A DNA stretch of 64,000 bases from the human T2T-CHM13v2.0 reference genome, Homo sapiens. Location of the stretch: NCBI RefSeq assembly GCF_009914755.1, contig NC_060944.1; one strand, 5' to 3'. The position numbers and the translations under genes were made by a program. This document shows, one piece after another, positions 29,456-45,110 of this stretch. Under the pieces are notes generated by a model that worked only from the letters and a program-made list of their open reading frames with translations, was not told where the DNA came from and made no database searches. Position 1 is the first letter of the stretch. The number at the start of each line of letters is the position of its first letter.

Positions 29456-29919
29456 AATAATTAACAAATTATCTGAATAGATATTTTACCAAGAAGATAT
29501 ACAAATGGCCAATAAGCACATGAATAGATGCTCACCATCATTAGTTATTTTTTAAAAAGCCCAATTTATGCTGCAATGAGATACCACTGAAAAGGCCATA
29601 ATCAAAAAAGCAGACTATAGCAAATGTAGGAAAGGATGTAGAAAAACTGAAATATTCATCCATAACCGATGAGAACTTAAACGGGAAAACACTTTGGAAA
29701 ACAATCTGACAATTTCTTTAAAACTGAAATTTACCGCACAATCTAGTAGTTCCCCTAAGTATGTACCCAAGACAGGTGAAAACAAGTTCTCCTAAAGACT
29801 TCAAAGGTTATTTCTTATTTATTTTTAAATTCATGACATTGCCATTATTTTAAAACTATAAAAAAGATAAATATTGCCCACATACATAATGGTCCCCAAA
29901 ATAGTCTCTCCTAAAAACT

Positions 29920-31445
<1,526 letters not shown>

Positions 31446-31454
31446 CTCTGAAAT

Positions 31455-31900
31455 AAAATTTTATATGTATATTTATGGCAGCATTATGCATAATAGTCCA
31501 AAAGTAGAAATTATCCAAGTGCCCATCAACTATTGAACGAATAAAATGTAGTATATTCATACAATGGAATATTATTCACCAATAAAATAAACTGCTGATA
31601 CATGCTACAATATGGATGAATTAAAAGAAAAACATTATATTAAATGAAAGAAATCAGAGGCAAAAGGGCACATATATGTGATTCTTTTCATATGAAACCT
31701 CAGCAAAGGGAAATCCATAAGATCAAAAAGTAGATCAGTGGGTGTCTGGGGTAAAGACTGACTGAAAATGGGCATGAGGGATCTTCCTGGGGGGAATAGA
31801 ATTGTCCTAACACTGGATTGTGGTTATGGCTGCACAACTCTGTAATGGAAATGCACTGAAACTTTCTGAATTTCTTAAAGTGAGAAAAGTATAGTACCTA
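31455..31900 (+). mobile_element. 3' end of the + strand L1M
   Basis: GCAGCATTATGCATAATAGTCCAAAAGTAGAAA...ATACAATGGAATATTATTC...ACTGGATTGTGGTTATGGCTGCACAACTCTG. Confidence 0.75.
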
Positions 31901-32007
31901 AGGTAGACCTCAAGAAAACTCTTAAAATTTTTTAAAAGCTCTAGGTAAATTCAACCAATCAAAAAACAGGCAAATCAAATACAAAAAAATTTATATTGTA
32001 TCAAAAA

Positions 32008-32010
<3 letters not shown>

Positions 32011-32046
<36 letters not shown>
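32011..32046. repeat. (GT)18 microsatellite
   Basis: Seen directly. Confidence 0.95.
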
Positions 32047-32049
<3 letters not shown>

Positions 32050-33817
32050 CCAGTCTTGCCATGAACCTCTTGGTCAGTATTGAAATAATGTTCCAGAAAC
32101 AAGGCTACTTTTGTTGAGTAAAAAATCAACACAAATGCCCTGTCCTTTGAAAATGTTAGATGCATCTTATACTGTGTATTCCTAAACAGTTGCAAGCTCC
32201 TTTAGGTACTTGTTTCTTCTATTTATTTGCTATCATCTTCTAATGGTTCCCCTTAGGAATCCACAGTCGAAGCTCAGTCAACGTTGACTGACAGCCCTGA
32301 AAGACCCTGTTGTCCACTCCCAGTGTGGGGAGAACTGTATGTAATCCTTTCTCAACCTAAATTCTTGTGGGAGGAGAAAGAGGGCACAGAGCCACGTATC
32401 TGATCAGGATTGAACCTCTCACAGGGGCCAGCAGAGACCATTGCAGTCTGTAACTACAATTGTCACACATTCTTACCCCAAAAGGGGCTTTCAGAGGTCA
32501 CCTGGCTGAGCACACCGCTTCCCAGCTGGCGACCACCTGTCTTAGTGACTTTAACACTCTGGATTCAAAATAGGAAAAGTGTGTGCTCTTACTTCTCTGG
32601 CTCAAGGCAAGGTTTAAAGATTTAAAGGTCCCTGGGTTCTTTGGGTAAGGATTTCTCATTGTGAATATAAAGGGATTCTTATCATTACCAAAACATTCTG
32701 AAAACAATGCTGTTCCTGGCGTTTAACCCAATTTCGTATCTGCACACAAGATAACTATGCACTGAAATCTTACTATCTAATGTTTTCAAGGTTTCAAAAA
32801 GCAAGAGAGTGGTAAATAAGGGGGATATTGCAAATGGAATTTCTCTGCAGCCTCACAATTGAGCTTCTGAAAACACCATAAAAAAACACTAAGTGAATTA
32901 AGCCTATAAAATCTGCATTGTCCCCACTTTTTTTCCTCCTTGATTCCTCAAAGTCCTCAGGCTTAAAGACCCCAGGGAACTGGCAGGTGTAGATTTCCAT
33001 GGAAACCAACCCTAAAAGAATGAAAACCCAAGGAGAGAATTGTGTGAAGTGCCCTCACTCCTGTGTCATTTCCTTGCCAACAGTTTTCGAGGTCAACCTG
33101 GCTTATTTCATGAAATTAGAGGCCCTGCTGTCAGGATTTCCCCAGGCAAAAAGGGTTTGCTCAGCTCCATTGGTTGTAAATCCACAGATTGTGGTTGTTC
33201 TCTGCTTCTAGAAGAACAGCCTTCACGATTCTGCCTGACTTTCAAATGCCTTTTATACTGGCCTCATTCTGATTAACCAGAGCCGTGCTTTTTTCCACAG
33301 TTAGATTGGGTGTGCTTACTTTAAAATATTCATTGAAAAATAAGATATTACTTAATATGATGTTATTGAATACAATATTCAGAAATAACGTATTCAAAAA
33401 TATTTTTTAAAAACCACATGAAAAGAGTAATATGTGTTTATAGAGTATATATATATGTATGCGTGTGGTTAAAAAACTTCCAACAGTACAGAAAGTAAAA
33501 AAAGAAAAAAGGAAAACTTCTATCTCTTTCTCTCTTTCCAAAGGCAAAATGGATAAAAAGTCTTAGGAGTCACCATGATTTCTCCAACACTGGCCTAAGG
33601 AGCACCGTCATTAATGTCTGCCTGGATGGCGAAATAAGCCTCAATTTAGGAAAATCTCTAGGCTTGAAATCTATTAGGGAACTCCTCTGTACCTTGCTTT
33701 TGTAATTTAATAAAAATATAGCTTAGAAGGCGTTCTTTTTTTTTACTTTTTTCGTTTTCCTCCTCTCCCCTCATAGATGTTTTTTATCTGTTCACAGACC
33801 CAACTCATGTAGTAGAG

Positions 33818-33994
33818 CAATGGTTCTTAAACTTGAGAGCACATTGAATTCCCTGGAGGACTCCGTGCACTTCAGATGATCCACAGAGCTCCTGATTTAG
33901 TAGGTCTGGGGTGGGGTCTCCGAATTTGCATTCCTGAGTAGCTCTCAGGTGCTGCTGTGCTGCGGGGTGGTGTACTATCTTTAGGTAGTGCTGT
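33818..33994 (-). mobile_element. MER5A
   Basis: CAATGGTTCTTAAACTT...GATTTAGTAGGTCTGGGGTGGGG...GAATTTGCATT. Confidence 0.75.
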
Positions 33995-34149
33995 CATTGA
34001 TTGCTTCAAGCCGACTTAGAGATCCACCTCGGCAGTTATAATATGCCATTGTTTGAACTTACCCTGTTTTTATCTAATCTCATATTGTCGGACACTTAAG
34101 TTCTTTCCAATGTCTTCCTGTTATTCTCACAACAACCTTAAGATGAGAT

Positions 34150-34370
34150 AATAAGAATAGCTACTATTTTTGAGTACTTAGAATGGGCCAAGCACTGTGA
34201 ATTACTTTATCTGCATAGCACTTCTATCCTGAAGGTACTACATTATTCTTGTTTTACAGGTGAAAGAACTAAGTCTAGGAGAAATTAAGTAGTGTGATTA
34301 AAATAAGAAGTGAGAGAGGCTGGGAATCTAAGAAAGACTCATCTGGTTGCAGAGTCCATGTTCTTTCCAG
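34150..34370 (-). mobile_element. MIR
   Basis: TTTTACAGGTGAAAGAACTAAGTCTAGGAGAAATTAAGT...GGCTGGGAATCTAA. Confidence 0.6.
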
Positions 34371-34499
34371 GGTCTCCACCCACAAAAGTTTACAGGCTAG
34401 TTGGACAATTAAGGATGAAACACAATGAATAAGAATAACAGAAGTAATGATTGCCAGAAGCAAGGCAGAGGAGAGAAGTTGGCTTAATCAAATAATCCA

Positions 34500-34656
34500 A
34501 CTGTGACTTTGCATCCCACAGGGCCCTGTGCTTAGAAATGCTCCTGTTTGCTTTCCTGCTCCAGTGTCATTGTCTTGAAATTCTTAACAATTTTTTAACA
34601 ATTGTCCCGTATTTTCATTTTGCATTGGTCTCCACAAATTATGTAGACACTCCTGG
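34500..34656. mobile_element. MER91A-like (hAT-Tip100)
   Basis: GGCCCTGTGCTTAGAA...GTCTTGAAATTCTTAACAATTTTT...TTTTCATTTTGCATTGG...CAAATTATGTAG. Confidence 0.7.
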
Positions 34657-35019
34657 AAGGGTTAATTTAGTCTTCAAACTTCAGCCAGCCAAGAGCTTTA
34701 GCAATGACTTAGTAACCACATTTTACAGATGATTTTTGTAATGTTTTTCCTACCATGCTTTGTTTTTACCCTCCAAATGGACACACTCTTGGGCTGATGT
34801 TTTCTACCTGGAATTTGTTCAGGGAGGTATTTTCTTGACAAGAAGAAACATCATTAGGATGATAAATATGAAGGGAGATAATACTATACACAGCTTTCCA
34901 AAATCAGTCAGAAATGTTGTCTTTGGTGGGGGGGACGAAATCATTTGTTAATGCTGCATCTCCTGCCCCTCATTGGTTTGCTAATATATGGCTATTTAGC
35001 TGTAGTTGACAGCCTCTGA

Positions 35020-35385
<366 letters not shown>

Positions 35386-36697
35386 TAAAGATTCTGAAGT
35401 TTTGCTACATTAACTAATTTTCATCTATTTCCCAGGGAGAAAGAATTATTTTCACTTTTATACGCTAAAGCTGGGAGAATTCCACTGTGAACACAGCGCA
35501 CACCAACTATGCCCCAGGGGAGTGTTGCCTTGTGTATTACATATTTCACACCATAACAATGTTATCCGATTTTATAATTAACATTAAACTTTTATAGGAA
35601 AAAGTACCTTGTTATACTAGTTGTTAACCTTTGGATATATTTAAAGCTCATTTCATAAGGAGCCATATGCTGCTTCATCACCGTCCTAAGTGGGCTGTGT
35701 TGCTAAGTGTTATGGGATCTGGTAATAAAAGATACAAACACAATGTGTATGCCCAACAACAGGGGCTGAATTAAGGGAGCAACGGGAGCCTTAACTCTTG
35801 AATTTCCTGACTTCTGTGGGTTTCATTTGCAGTCTCAACATTCCAGTAATACTTCGCTTTCTCACACCACTTTTTTATTCTTTCTTCTTCAACATCCCCA
35901 CCTCCTCTCCAACCCTGATAATAACTGTTTAAACATTCATACTCACTTGCCTACTGCATTGAGTTATATGATTAGTTTGTACCCTTTTAGTGCCATCGAT
36001 GATAGGGACTCATTATTGAGTCAATGTTTCTAAACTATGGCTCTCTGACACAAATCAATCTGCAAAACGTGTCAGAAGAAAGTACTAGTGAACCCAACAA
36101 GTATTTAGACCATTTTTAAAAAATGTAAGCAGCTTACGTGGGGATACATTCTCAAGTGTATTTTTAGAGTAAAAATAGAGAATGGTAAAAAATGGCCATT
36201 GAAAAATCTCTTACGTCATTTCTAAAGAATATGTGTGGGTGTGTATTTAATATAACAATGATCTTCACAAAAGCTTAAAGAACACTTACACCAGACCAAA
36301 AGAAGGAATCAAAGAATTAACCTTCATGCAGACACCGGGAAACCATCTGTGTCCTAGCATTTTCCTAGGGGTGAAAAGGGAACGGGTGGGTGAGGCTAAT
36401 TGTGTCTTCTTATCTTTCTGGGGTTTACTTACTTTTTAAAATAGTAAGCATTCAAATGTTAATTTATGTTAATTGATTGCTTGTTCATGAGGATTAAGAG
36501 AATTTGTGGAGTCTCATTGGATGGAGGGTAACGTTTTAAAGTCAGCACCTGAGTTAAATTTGATGCAAATGTATATTTCTGGCATTAACTTGAATTTCTG
36601 TAATATTTCTATTCAGAGAGTTGAGACATTTTGATTGCATTATTCTCCAACTTCTAGGAAAATGTAGTAATTCAGTTAGATTGTGTGGAGCATAAAG

Positions 36698-36852
36698 CAG
36701 TGCTTCTCAAACTCCAATCAGCCTATGAATCCCCTGGTGAATTTTTTTAAATATGGATTTGGTAGGTTTGAGATAGGACCTCAGATTACATGTTTTCAAC
36801 AAGTCCCCAAGACATGTTGCTGCTGTCGGTCTGCAGACTACATGCTGGATAG
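36698..36852 (-). mobile_element. MER5A1-like MITE
   Basis: CAGTGCTTCTCAAACT...GGTAGGTTTGAGATAGGACC...AACAAGTCCCCAAG...GCTGCTG. Confidence 0.7.
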
Positions 36853-37534
36853 AGAGAGTCTAATGGAATAAGTACTGCAAACTGGGAAAACGGTAGTCAT
36901 GATACCTAGCTTTACTTATGCCTTTTTGTGCAAAATGTCTTTATTTTAGCTTCTTCACTTGAAAACAAAGTGAGGGAGAGGAGGTTACCTTGCTAAGTTT
37001 CTTCTACAGATGAGTGTTTACTCCTAGTTGGGGCGTATATACACAATACCTTTAATATGAAAATATTTATGTTACTACTTATAATGTATGCATACATATT
37101 TTCTGCTTAACATTAGAAAAACACAATACTGAAACTGTTAATAGCTACATCCAGATATGAGTTTTGAGTTGCAGACTAAATATACAGAGGTGAAAGCATC
37201 TCTAGGGGTGAAATCAACTACTGGTTGGTTGTCTCCTATGTCTGATGCTTTTTGTTTTACTTTAAAAGAGCCCAGCCTGAAATGTTATAACCTTATTTAA
37301 CATAGCCTGCTCAGTATTTAATTATCTTTTGAATTAAAAACCAATTATCTATGTTTAATTTAAACTCTGCAATTTAAAAGACTGTGTCCATGGATAGGAC
37401 CTCAGCTAAATGTGAGAATATATATCCACTATCTATTTAAAGAAATCACAGTAGGATATGATTTATTTCTCACAAGCCGTGAAATTTCCTTTCAATATAA
37501 CAAGGCATTTGGGGGTTAAAAATTAGATTTTTTA

Positions 37535-38666
37535 CCTTGTACATTTGTTTAAGTTATTTGTAGATTCTGGCTATTAGCCCTTTGTCAGGTGGGTAGATTG
37601 CAAAAATTTTCTCCCATTCTTTAGGTTGCCTGTTCACTCTGATGACAGTTTCTTTTGCTGTGCAGAAGCTCTTTAGTTTAATTAGATCACATTTGTCTAT
37701 CTTAGCTTTTGTTGCCATTGCTTTTAGTGTTTTAGTCATGAGGTCTTTGCCCATGCCTATGTCCTAAATGGTATTGCTTAGGTTTTCTTCTAGGGTTGTT
37801 ATGGTTTTCGGTCTTACAAACAAACCCATAAAAAAGTGGGCAAAGGATATGAACAGATATTTTTCAAGAGAAGACATTTATGCAGCCAACAGACACATGA
37901 AAAAATGCTCATCATCACTGGTCATCAGAGAAATGCAAATGAAAACCACAATGCGATACCATCTCACACCAGTTAGAATGGCAATTATTAAAAAGTCAGG
38001 AAACAACAGATGCTGGAGAGGATGTGGAGAAATAGGAAAGCTTTTACACTGTTGGTGGGAGTGTAAATTAGTTCAACCATTGTGGAAGACAGTGTGGTGA
38101 TTCTTCAAGGATCTAGAACTAGAAATACCATTTGACCCAGCAATCCCATTACTGGGTGTACACCCAAAGAATTGTAAATCATGCCTTTATGAAGACACAT
38201 GAACATACATGTTTATTGTGGCACTATTCACAATAGCAAAGACTTGGAACAAACCCAAATGTCCATTGATGATAGGCTGGATAAAGAAAATGTGGCACAT
38301 ATACACCATGGAATACTATGCAGCCATAAAAAAGGATGAGTTAATGTCCTTTGCAGGAACATGGATGAAGCTGGAAACCATCATTCTCAGCAAACTAACA
38401 CAGGAACAGAAAACCAAACACTGCATGTTCTCACTCATAGGTGGGAGTTGAGCAATGAGAACACCTGGACACAGGGTGGGGAACATCAAACACCGGGGCC
38501 TTTTGGAGGGTGGGGGGCTGGGGGAGGGATAGCATTAGGAAAAATACCTAATGTAAATGACAAATTGATAGGTGCAGCAAACCAAGATGGCACATATATA
38601 CCTATGTAACAAACCTGCACATTGTGCGCCTGTACCCTAGAACTTAAAGTATAATAAAAAAAAGAA
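37535..38666 (+). mobile_element. 5'-truncated, 5'-inverted L1PA (about L1PA7)
   Basis: 37535-37817 is antisense ORF2 ([20 protein letters not shown]); 37818-38666 is sense ORF2 C-terminus + 3'UTR + poly-A; TSD AAAAATTAG(A)TTTTTTA at 37518-37534 and 38667-38682. Confidence 0.93.
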
Positions 38667-38713
38667 AAAAATTAGTTTTTTAATGATGCAAATTCTGTAT
38701 AAAATATATTACA

Positions 38714-39035
38714 GGCTGGGTGCAGTGGCTCACGCCGGTAATCCCAAGCAGCACTCTGGGAGGCCGAGGTGGATGGATTGCTTGAACTCAGGAGTTTGAG
38801 ACCAGCCTGTGCAACATGGCAAAACTCTGTCTCTACAAATAAATACAAAAAATTAGCTAGGTGTGGTGGTGCACGCCTGTGGTCCCAGCTACTCAGGAAA
38901 CTGAGGCTAGAGGATCACTTGTGTCTGGGAGGTCAAGGCTGCAGTGAGCCAAGATTGCACCTCTGCACTCCAGCCTGGCCAGCAGAGTAAGACTCTGTTT
39001 CAAAAAAATAAAAAATGAAAATAATAAAAAAAAAG
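38714..39035 (+). mobile_element. AluJ
   Basis: Full dimer with J-type GGTCAAGGCTGCAGTGAGCC. Confidence 0.9.
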
Positions 39036-39252
39036 AGACCTGTAATGCCAGGCACTGTCATTTTCTTGTAGAATAGGGCATTCCATCAGAAGTTATCTAA
39101 TAGTTGGAGCCTCATACTCCTGATTATTCCATAAGCCAATGACTAATATTTCACAATGATAATGTCTTTTTACTGGATTCCCAAAAACATATTACCACAT
39201 TTTGATAATTTAAAGATTCACACTTAAAAAATGTTTTCATTCGTTTTCTTTT

Positions 39253-39597
39253 TGATACGGTTTGGCTGTGTCCCCACCCAGATCTCATCTTGAATTCCCA
39301 CATGTTGTGGGAAGGACCTGGTGGGAGGTAATTGAATCCTGGGGTCAGGTCTTTTCCATGCTGTTCTTGTGATAGTGAATAAGTCTCGCGAGATCTGATG
39401 GTTTTAAAAAGAGGAATTTCCCTGCACAAGCTCTCTTCTCTCGTCTGCTGCCACGTGAGACATGCCTTTCACCTTGAGCCATGATTGTGAGGCTTCCCCA
39501 ACCACGTGGAATTGTAAGTCCATTAAGCCTCTTTCTTTTGCAAATTGCCCAGTCTTGGGTATGTCTTTATCAGCAGTGTGAAAACAGACTAATAACA
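39253..39597 (+). mobile_element. THE1 (THE1A-like) MaLR solo LTR
   Basis: TGATACGGTTTGGCTGTGTCCCCACCC...AAACAGACTAATAACA; 5-bp TSD CTTTT at 39248-39252 and 39598-39602. Confidence 0.93.
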
Positions 39598-40269
39598 CTT
39601 TTTGTGATAGATTAAATTTTCCATGTACTAAGAAGACATAAAAAAGAATAGTGCAAATTGTAAGGAAATTTAAAATATAAGTTAACCAATGTGATGAAAA
39701 TAAACAGAAGCCTAGATCTCCCCATAGAAGAAGGTGCTTTGGGATTGCTGGTTTCTGTAGTCTTCTTTTACCAGCAGGATGGAGACAGGGTCCCTGATGA
39801 GAATGGGGTGATTGCTAAGGGTGTTGGTATGGTGAGAATTCAGGGTGAGGCTGCTGACCAGGGTACTGAGAGGGGAAATTCTGAGAAGTGCAGCTGCCTG
39901 CCCATTCCGGTGAAGAGTGAAGATGGACAGAGCTTTGCACTGACCCTGTTGCTCTTCCCGCTGGGGTGGCCAGTGTGGAATCCAATGAGCTACTAACAAG
40001 GACAGTTACCTTTGCAGATAAAACAACAGTAATTTAGAGGAGAATTGCAATTTACTGGGATTCACTAAAAGACTACCCACGAGTGAACACTACTTGCTAT
40101 TTTATATTTGTCCAATCAAATTTAAAAGATGTTTATTAGCTCATGCCTTTCTACGGTAATGCATCATCTTTCATGGGATTGTAGAGAAGCTCAGTGCAAT
40201 AATTTCTCTGGTTCAATTCCTTTGCTACATATAATTAATCTGCATTGATAACTATGGTATTTTGGGGAT

Positions 40270-40780
40270 GTATCATTTGGGAATTGCATTCTCAAATACC
40301 TTTATTGTGATGCTAAAGAGTCCCAAATCATAGTATATTAAACCAGATATATATATTTCCTTTCATATAACAAGAGAGTTGAAAGGAGGTAGTGCAGAGA
40401 TGAAATGAAAGTCCATAGCCCTACCACGGTCTTAGCGGGTTCTTTCCTTCTGTTTTACCATCATTAGCATATGGTTCCCTGATGGTTGTTTCAGAATAGA
40501 ACGATGGCTGCTACAACAACCAGCCATAGCATCCATTTCATAAGCAGAAAGAATGAGCAAGGGAGAAAATATTCCTACTAGTTCAGCAGGCCCCCTTTAG
40601 ATAACTCTCTTAGATGACCCAGACAAAGACTTCCTCTTCCATCTTATTACCCAGCATGATCTTCTAGAGAGGTGGGGAAATGTAGTTGTACCTGCCCTCA
40701 ACAACATAAGGATCCTGTTAGTAAAAAGGAAGGGTAATATGAATATCGGGTAGGCAAGTGGTAGACTCTGGCTACCACTG
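40270..40780 (-). mobile_element. MLT1J-like MaLR LTR
   Basis: ATGGCTGCTACAACAACCAGCCATAGCATCC...GGATCCTGTTAGTAAAAAGGAAGG...GGGTAGGCAA. Confidence 0.6.
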
Positions 40781-41034
40781 TGCGGCATTTTAGTGAATGA
40801 AAGATGACGATGTGGCATGTATATTCTTAGAAAGGCCATGTAAGATGATGTTATCTATGGGTCAAATGAATTTCCCTTCAGGTGACCAAGGTATTTACAC
40901 ACATTCCTTGCAGGCATTAAAAAGAAAAAAGGAAGGAGGGCAGGGAGAAAGCCACTGCCACAGTTGTGGCCGAGTGAAAGGTGAACACCTAGGTGTGGTA
41001 GTTCCAGTATGGCAGATGGAATTGTTCACTCTTT

Positions 41035-41053
41035 CAGTGCCCCCTTGTGCCCA
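41035..41053 (-). promoter_or_regulatory. Candidate CTCF site
   Basis: Minus strand TGGGCACAAGGGGGCACTG versus consensus TGGCCACCAGGGGGCGCTA. Confidence 0.45.
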
Positions 41054-42901
41054 ATATACTGTAACAGGATAATACAGGGAAACAGTCAAGAAAGAAACTT
41101 TTTGAAAACTCCATTCATTAAAGCTACAGTATAGCAATGTGTGGTTTTAGCTACTAGAAATGCAAAAAAATAAAAAATACCTATACAGTATATAACTTCA
41201 TGATGCTGGGACAAGACGTCACAATGTTAAGGCATATCTTTCTTGTGCTAAGTAGTTCTCTTGTCAAAAAATATGTTTTCCATTTAAATTTGGAGTTGTT
41301 GGGCTTTTTTCCTCCCTTATATTTATGTATGGTCTGATTTTTTTTTTTTGTATTGGCTGGTTCTTCATTAATCTACCAAGCTAACTGTATTTATATGTAA
41401 ACTCAAGCCTGATGCAAGGGTCTTTTGTTTCTTTGTTTTATTTTATTTTTAAATAACTGTCTGAAAAGCAGTGGAATATGGGTTGCAAAATTTACCAGCA
41501 GCACTATCATCCAACAATCAGTTTAAAAAGGTGAAGCAAAAATAAGGCTGCTCACACCCCTGTTATGGGTAGGCACTCATTGAACATTGTGTGTGCCCTG
41601 TAGACCTGCATTCTCCAGTGGTCCCAGTCCGGTTCCACAGAATCAACTTTTAGAACTGTAATCATCAATACAGACCAACTTACTCAACTCCCTCTTTCAC
41701 AGATAAAGAAGCTGAAGTCACGAAGGAAAAACAAATCCTGTCACAGTCTCATGGGACGGGGTAGGAACTAGAACCAACGACTCATCCAGAGTTCATATTA
41801 ACTCCGAACTGTTGCCACCATTTACAGAGACTCATAGGAGAAGCCGCTTGCTCTACAGTGTGAGGATTGCAAGCTGTGCTAGGATTCAAGCTCAGAGTCC
41901 CTGAGCCTTTGTCTCCTGTTCTTTCCTGTGTGCTTATGTGGTCAGTCCACTTTCCTTCTCCGACATGAAGGCTTGGCCCATTCCAAGTCTCCTTTGGAAG
42001 AAAATGGGTAAACTATGAATGCCATTGTTTAACACTGTCAATTGGAATATTAAAATGTTTCTTTCATTAGAAATAAACTTTTGTCAATTTAAACAGTGGA
42101 AGAGTAATTCATCACAGGGGAAGAGGAATGAGAACCTTTGGAATTTATTTTCAATAAAAGATCCTGCTAGTAGAAGAAAACTCCTGAAACCCTGGTTTTA
42201 CTGATGCCCATTAACATGTATACTTGAAGCAAGAGTATGAAGCTCTTAAAATCTGCCCTTTCAAAAACTTTAAAAAGTTATGTAGGGAGTTATAAGTACA
42301 TAAGATGAAAATGAACACCTTCTCTTAGTAAATGTATTTTAGGAGCATAGAGAAATTGTAAAGAGAAAGGTGAGAGTAATAGAACTTCACCTGGTAATTT
42401 TCTGGGGTAAAAGAAAAGGGGATAAAGGTCCCGGGGCTATATTACTAAAGAACAAATGAGAAAGAAGGGCAACACACTGTTAAATAATGTATGCAACATT
42501 CTGCCCTGAAATTCTTATTTTGAGTAAGATCCTTTACCCTCCCTGACAATATGATCATATTGAACAGTTGGATTAAAAAAAAAATTGTGGTTTTGTTCAG
42601 TAAAAACCTAAATACCAGGGGAGTATCTGCTGTCTTTATACCCATATAATTAGGTGGAATGTGGAAAAATCCAATCAAGCTGTGTCTGACTGTATATCTA
42701 ATCTGATTGGCTTTCAACTGGATCATAGAGGAGATAAATGGCATTTCTACAACACAGCCATTCAGTCACTTTGTTATGAACTTTTTCCTTACCTTAAATT
42801 CATCCATAAATGCCATTTAAACTCTGGTCCCAAAGGTAGTGAGGCGGTGAGTAGAAAATAGAATCTTAACACCCACTTCCTCTGTTCAGTTATGTCTTTG
42901 C

Positions 42902-43050
42902 TCCTTCAAGTATGGTCTGCAGGCTGGTCATCACCTGGGAGCTTGTTTGAAATGCAACTCTCAGGCCCTCACTCTGACTTGTGCAACCAGAATCAACATT
43001 TTCAAAATATCTTTGGGTAAACTGTATGCACATTAAAGTTTAAGAAGCTG
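42902..43050 (+). mobile_element. MER5A1/MER5B-like MITE
   Basis: CATCACCTGGGAGCTTGTTTGAAATGCAACTCTCAGGCCC...TATGCACATTAAAGTTTAAGAAGC. Confidence 0.75.
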
Positions 43051-43592
43051 TCAGTCATCTATATAACTTCTATTCACATGGAAATTCTGATTATGAACCT
43101 GCTGCTTAAATCTAAGATATTCTTCACATGACTTATACACCTATTCTGGAAAATATCTGAAAGTACCCGGGAATAAAATGCATGAGACTATCTGTGTATA
43201 TATAGCTTTCTATGTTTCTGGTTGACTTTTCTTTTTTTTACTATTTTATGGCAATAAATATTTTATTGAAGCAGCTTGGGTTTTTTTTTTTTTTTTTGAT
43301 TGGTTAACTGACTTATTCATCCCACAAATCTTTATTAAACACTTCATGTGCCAGTAAATAAAAAAAGATGATGAAGCCATGCCGATCTCCTCAAGAAAAT
43401 CAGACTCTGGCAAGGGGAGCAAAATTAAGGTTTCAAGGAGCTCAGATATTCACAACCTCAAGCAGGTCACAGACACCCTTGCTATCATGATGAAAGCTAA
43501 ACAAAACTTTTCTAGGAAAAAGTCCACAATTTCAAGGAATTCATGGTACCACTGGAGACCCTTTGTAGAACTCCTCAAGTAGGTTTTCCTAA

Positions 43593-43929
<337 letters not shown>

Positions 43930-44806
43930 TATGATTCTTAGAGGTATTTTAAATCTCCTGAAATTGTACATAAAATTCCATTTTTATGTGCTGTTTTCTG
44001 GGAGGAGAAACCATAATTTGAATCTGGTACCAATGAAATTCACTCCCCAAAAGGAGATCTGGCAGGTGATAATGATTTTGAAGGTTTACATAGGCTTTTT
44101 TGCTACTTAGAAAAGTCTTTACATGTGTCATCCTTAGTGACTCAAGAGTGGGTTAACTGGAGATTGGGCGGGAAGGGGGTAGAGTCTAAAGAAAACAGAA
44201 GTGAATTGGTTTAGCTCTCCACTCAAATCACCTTTCTTTACCTGTTGAGCAGACACACCCTTGTGTGTTCTGACTCCTAAACTTAGTCTTCTCTGGGCAT
44301 CACCAATCGACCCCATCATCCCAGGAGGCCAGTTGGGTCCTCAAGAAGCAGCCTCCCAGGTTTCCTCTAGAAGACAAGCCAAGTAGATCCTCTTTAAGGA
44401 CCTTCATGACCAAGGACCTTCTTGAAAGAAAAAAGAAAGGGAGTATGAAGGGAGAGAGGGAAGGAAGGAGATGCATTGCCATGACCTTGTCTTTCATGAT
44501 AGTACTAAAAAAAATTGTTTTGAAAAAGTTTGCTGAAAATGCAGCCAAGATGTGGGCAAGCCTTTTCTTTGGGCAGAATGAATTTTAAAATGATTTAAAG
44601 TTTATTTTAATGAGGTTATTTAAATAAAGAGTCTTAGCTTGACAAAGGATGCTCTGTTAATAAAGCTTCAGTTCTATTTCATAGTGTTAGTATTTTAAAA
44701 TATAGCTCTCTGTATTCTTTTTCTTGAATAATCTTGGTTGTCTTTACAAATACTAGCAATTTTAGTGCTTTCTTTGTAATATTTTGTGCTTTAAAATATG
44801 TGTCTT

Positions 44807-45110
44807 TGGTCAGGCGTGGTGCCTCATGCTGTAATCCTAGCACTTTGCGAGGCCAAGGTGGGAGGATCGCCTGAGGCCAGGAGTTCAAGATTAGGCTGAG
44901 CAACATAGACAGATCCCATCTCTACAAAAAAAATAAAAATAAAAAATTAGCTGGGTTCAGTGGCATATACCCGTAAACCTAGCTACTCAGGAGGCGGAGG
45001 CAGAAGGATTGTTTGAGCCCAGAAGTTCAAGGCTGCAGTAAGCCATGATTGCACCACTACACTTCAGCTGGAGCAACAGAGCAAGACCCTGTCTCAAATA
45101 AATAAGTAAA
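44807..45110 (+). mobile_element. AluJ
   Basis: Full diverged dimer with J-type right arm (GTTCAAGGCTGCAGT). Confidence 0.9.

Noticed and set aside
37554-38609. L1 ORF2-like ORFs
   Set aside because: Fragments of a truncated, inverted, stop-containing L1; not a functional gene.
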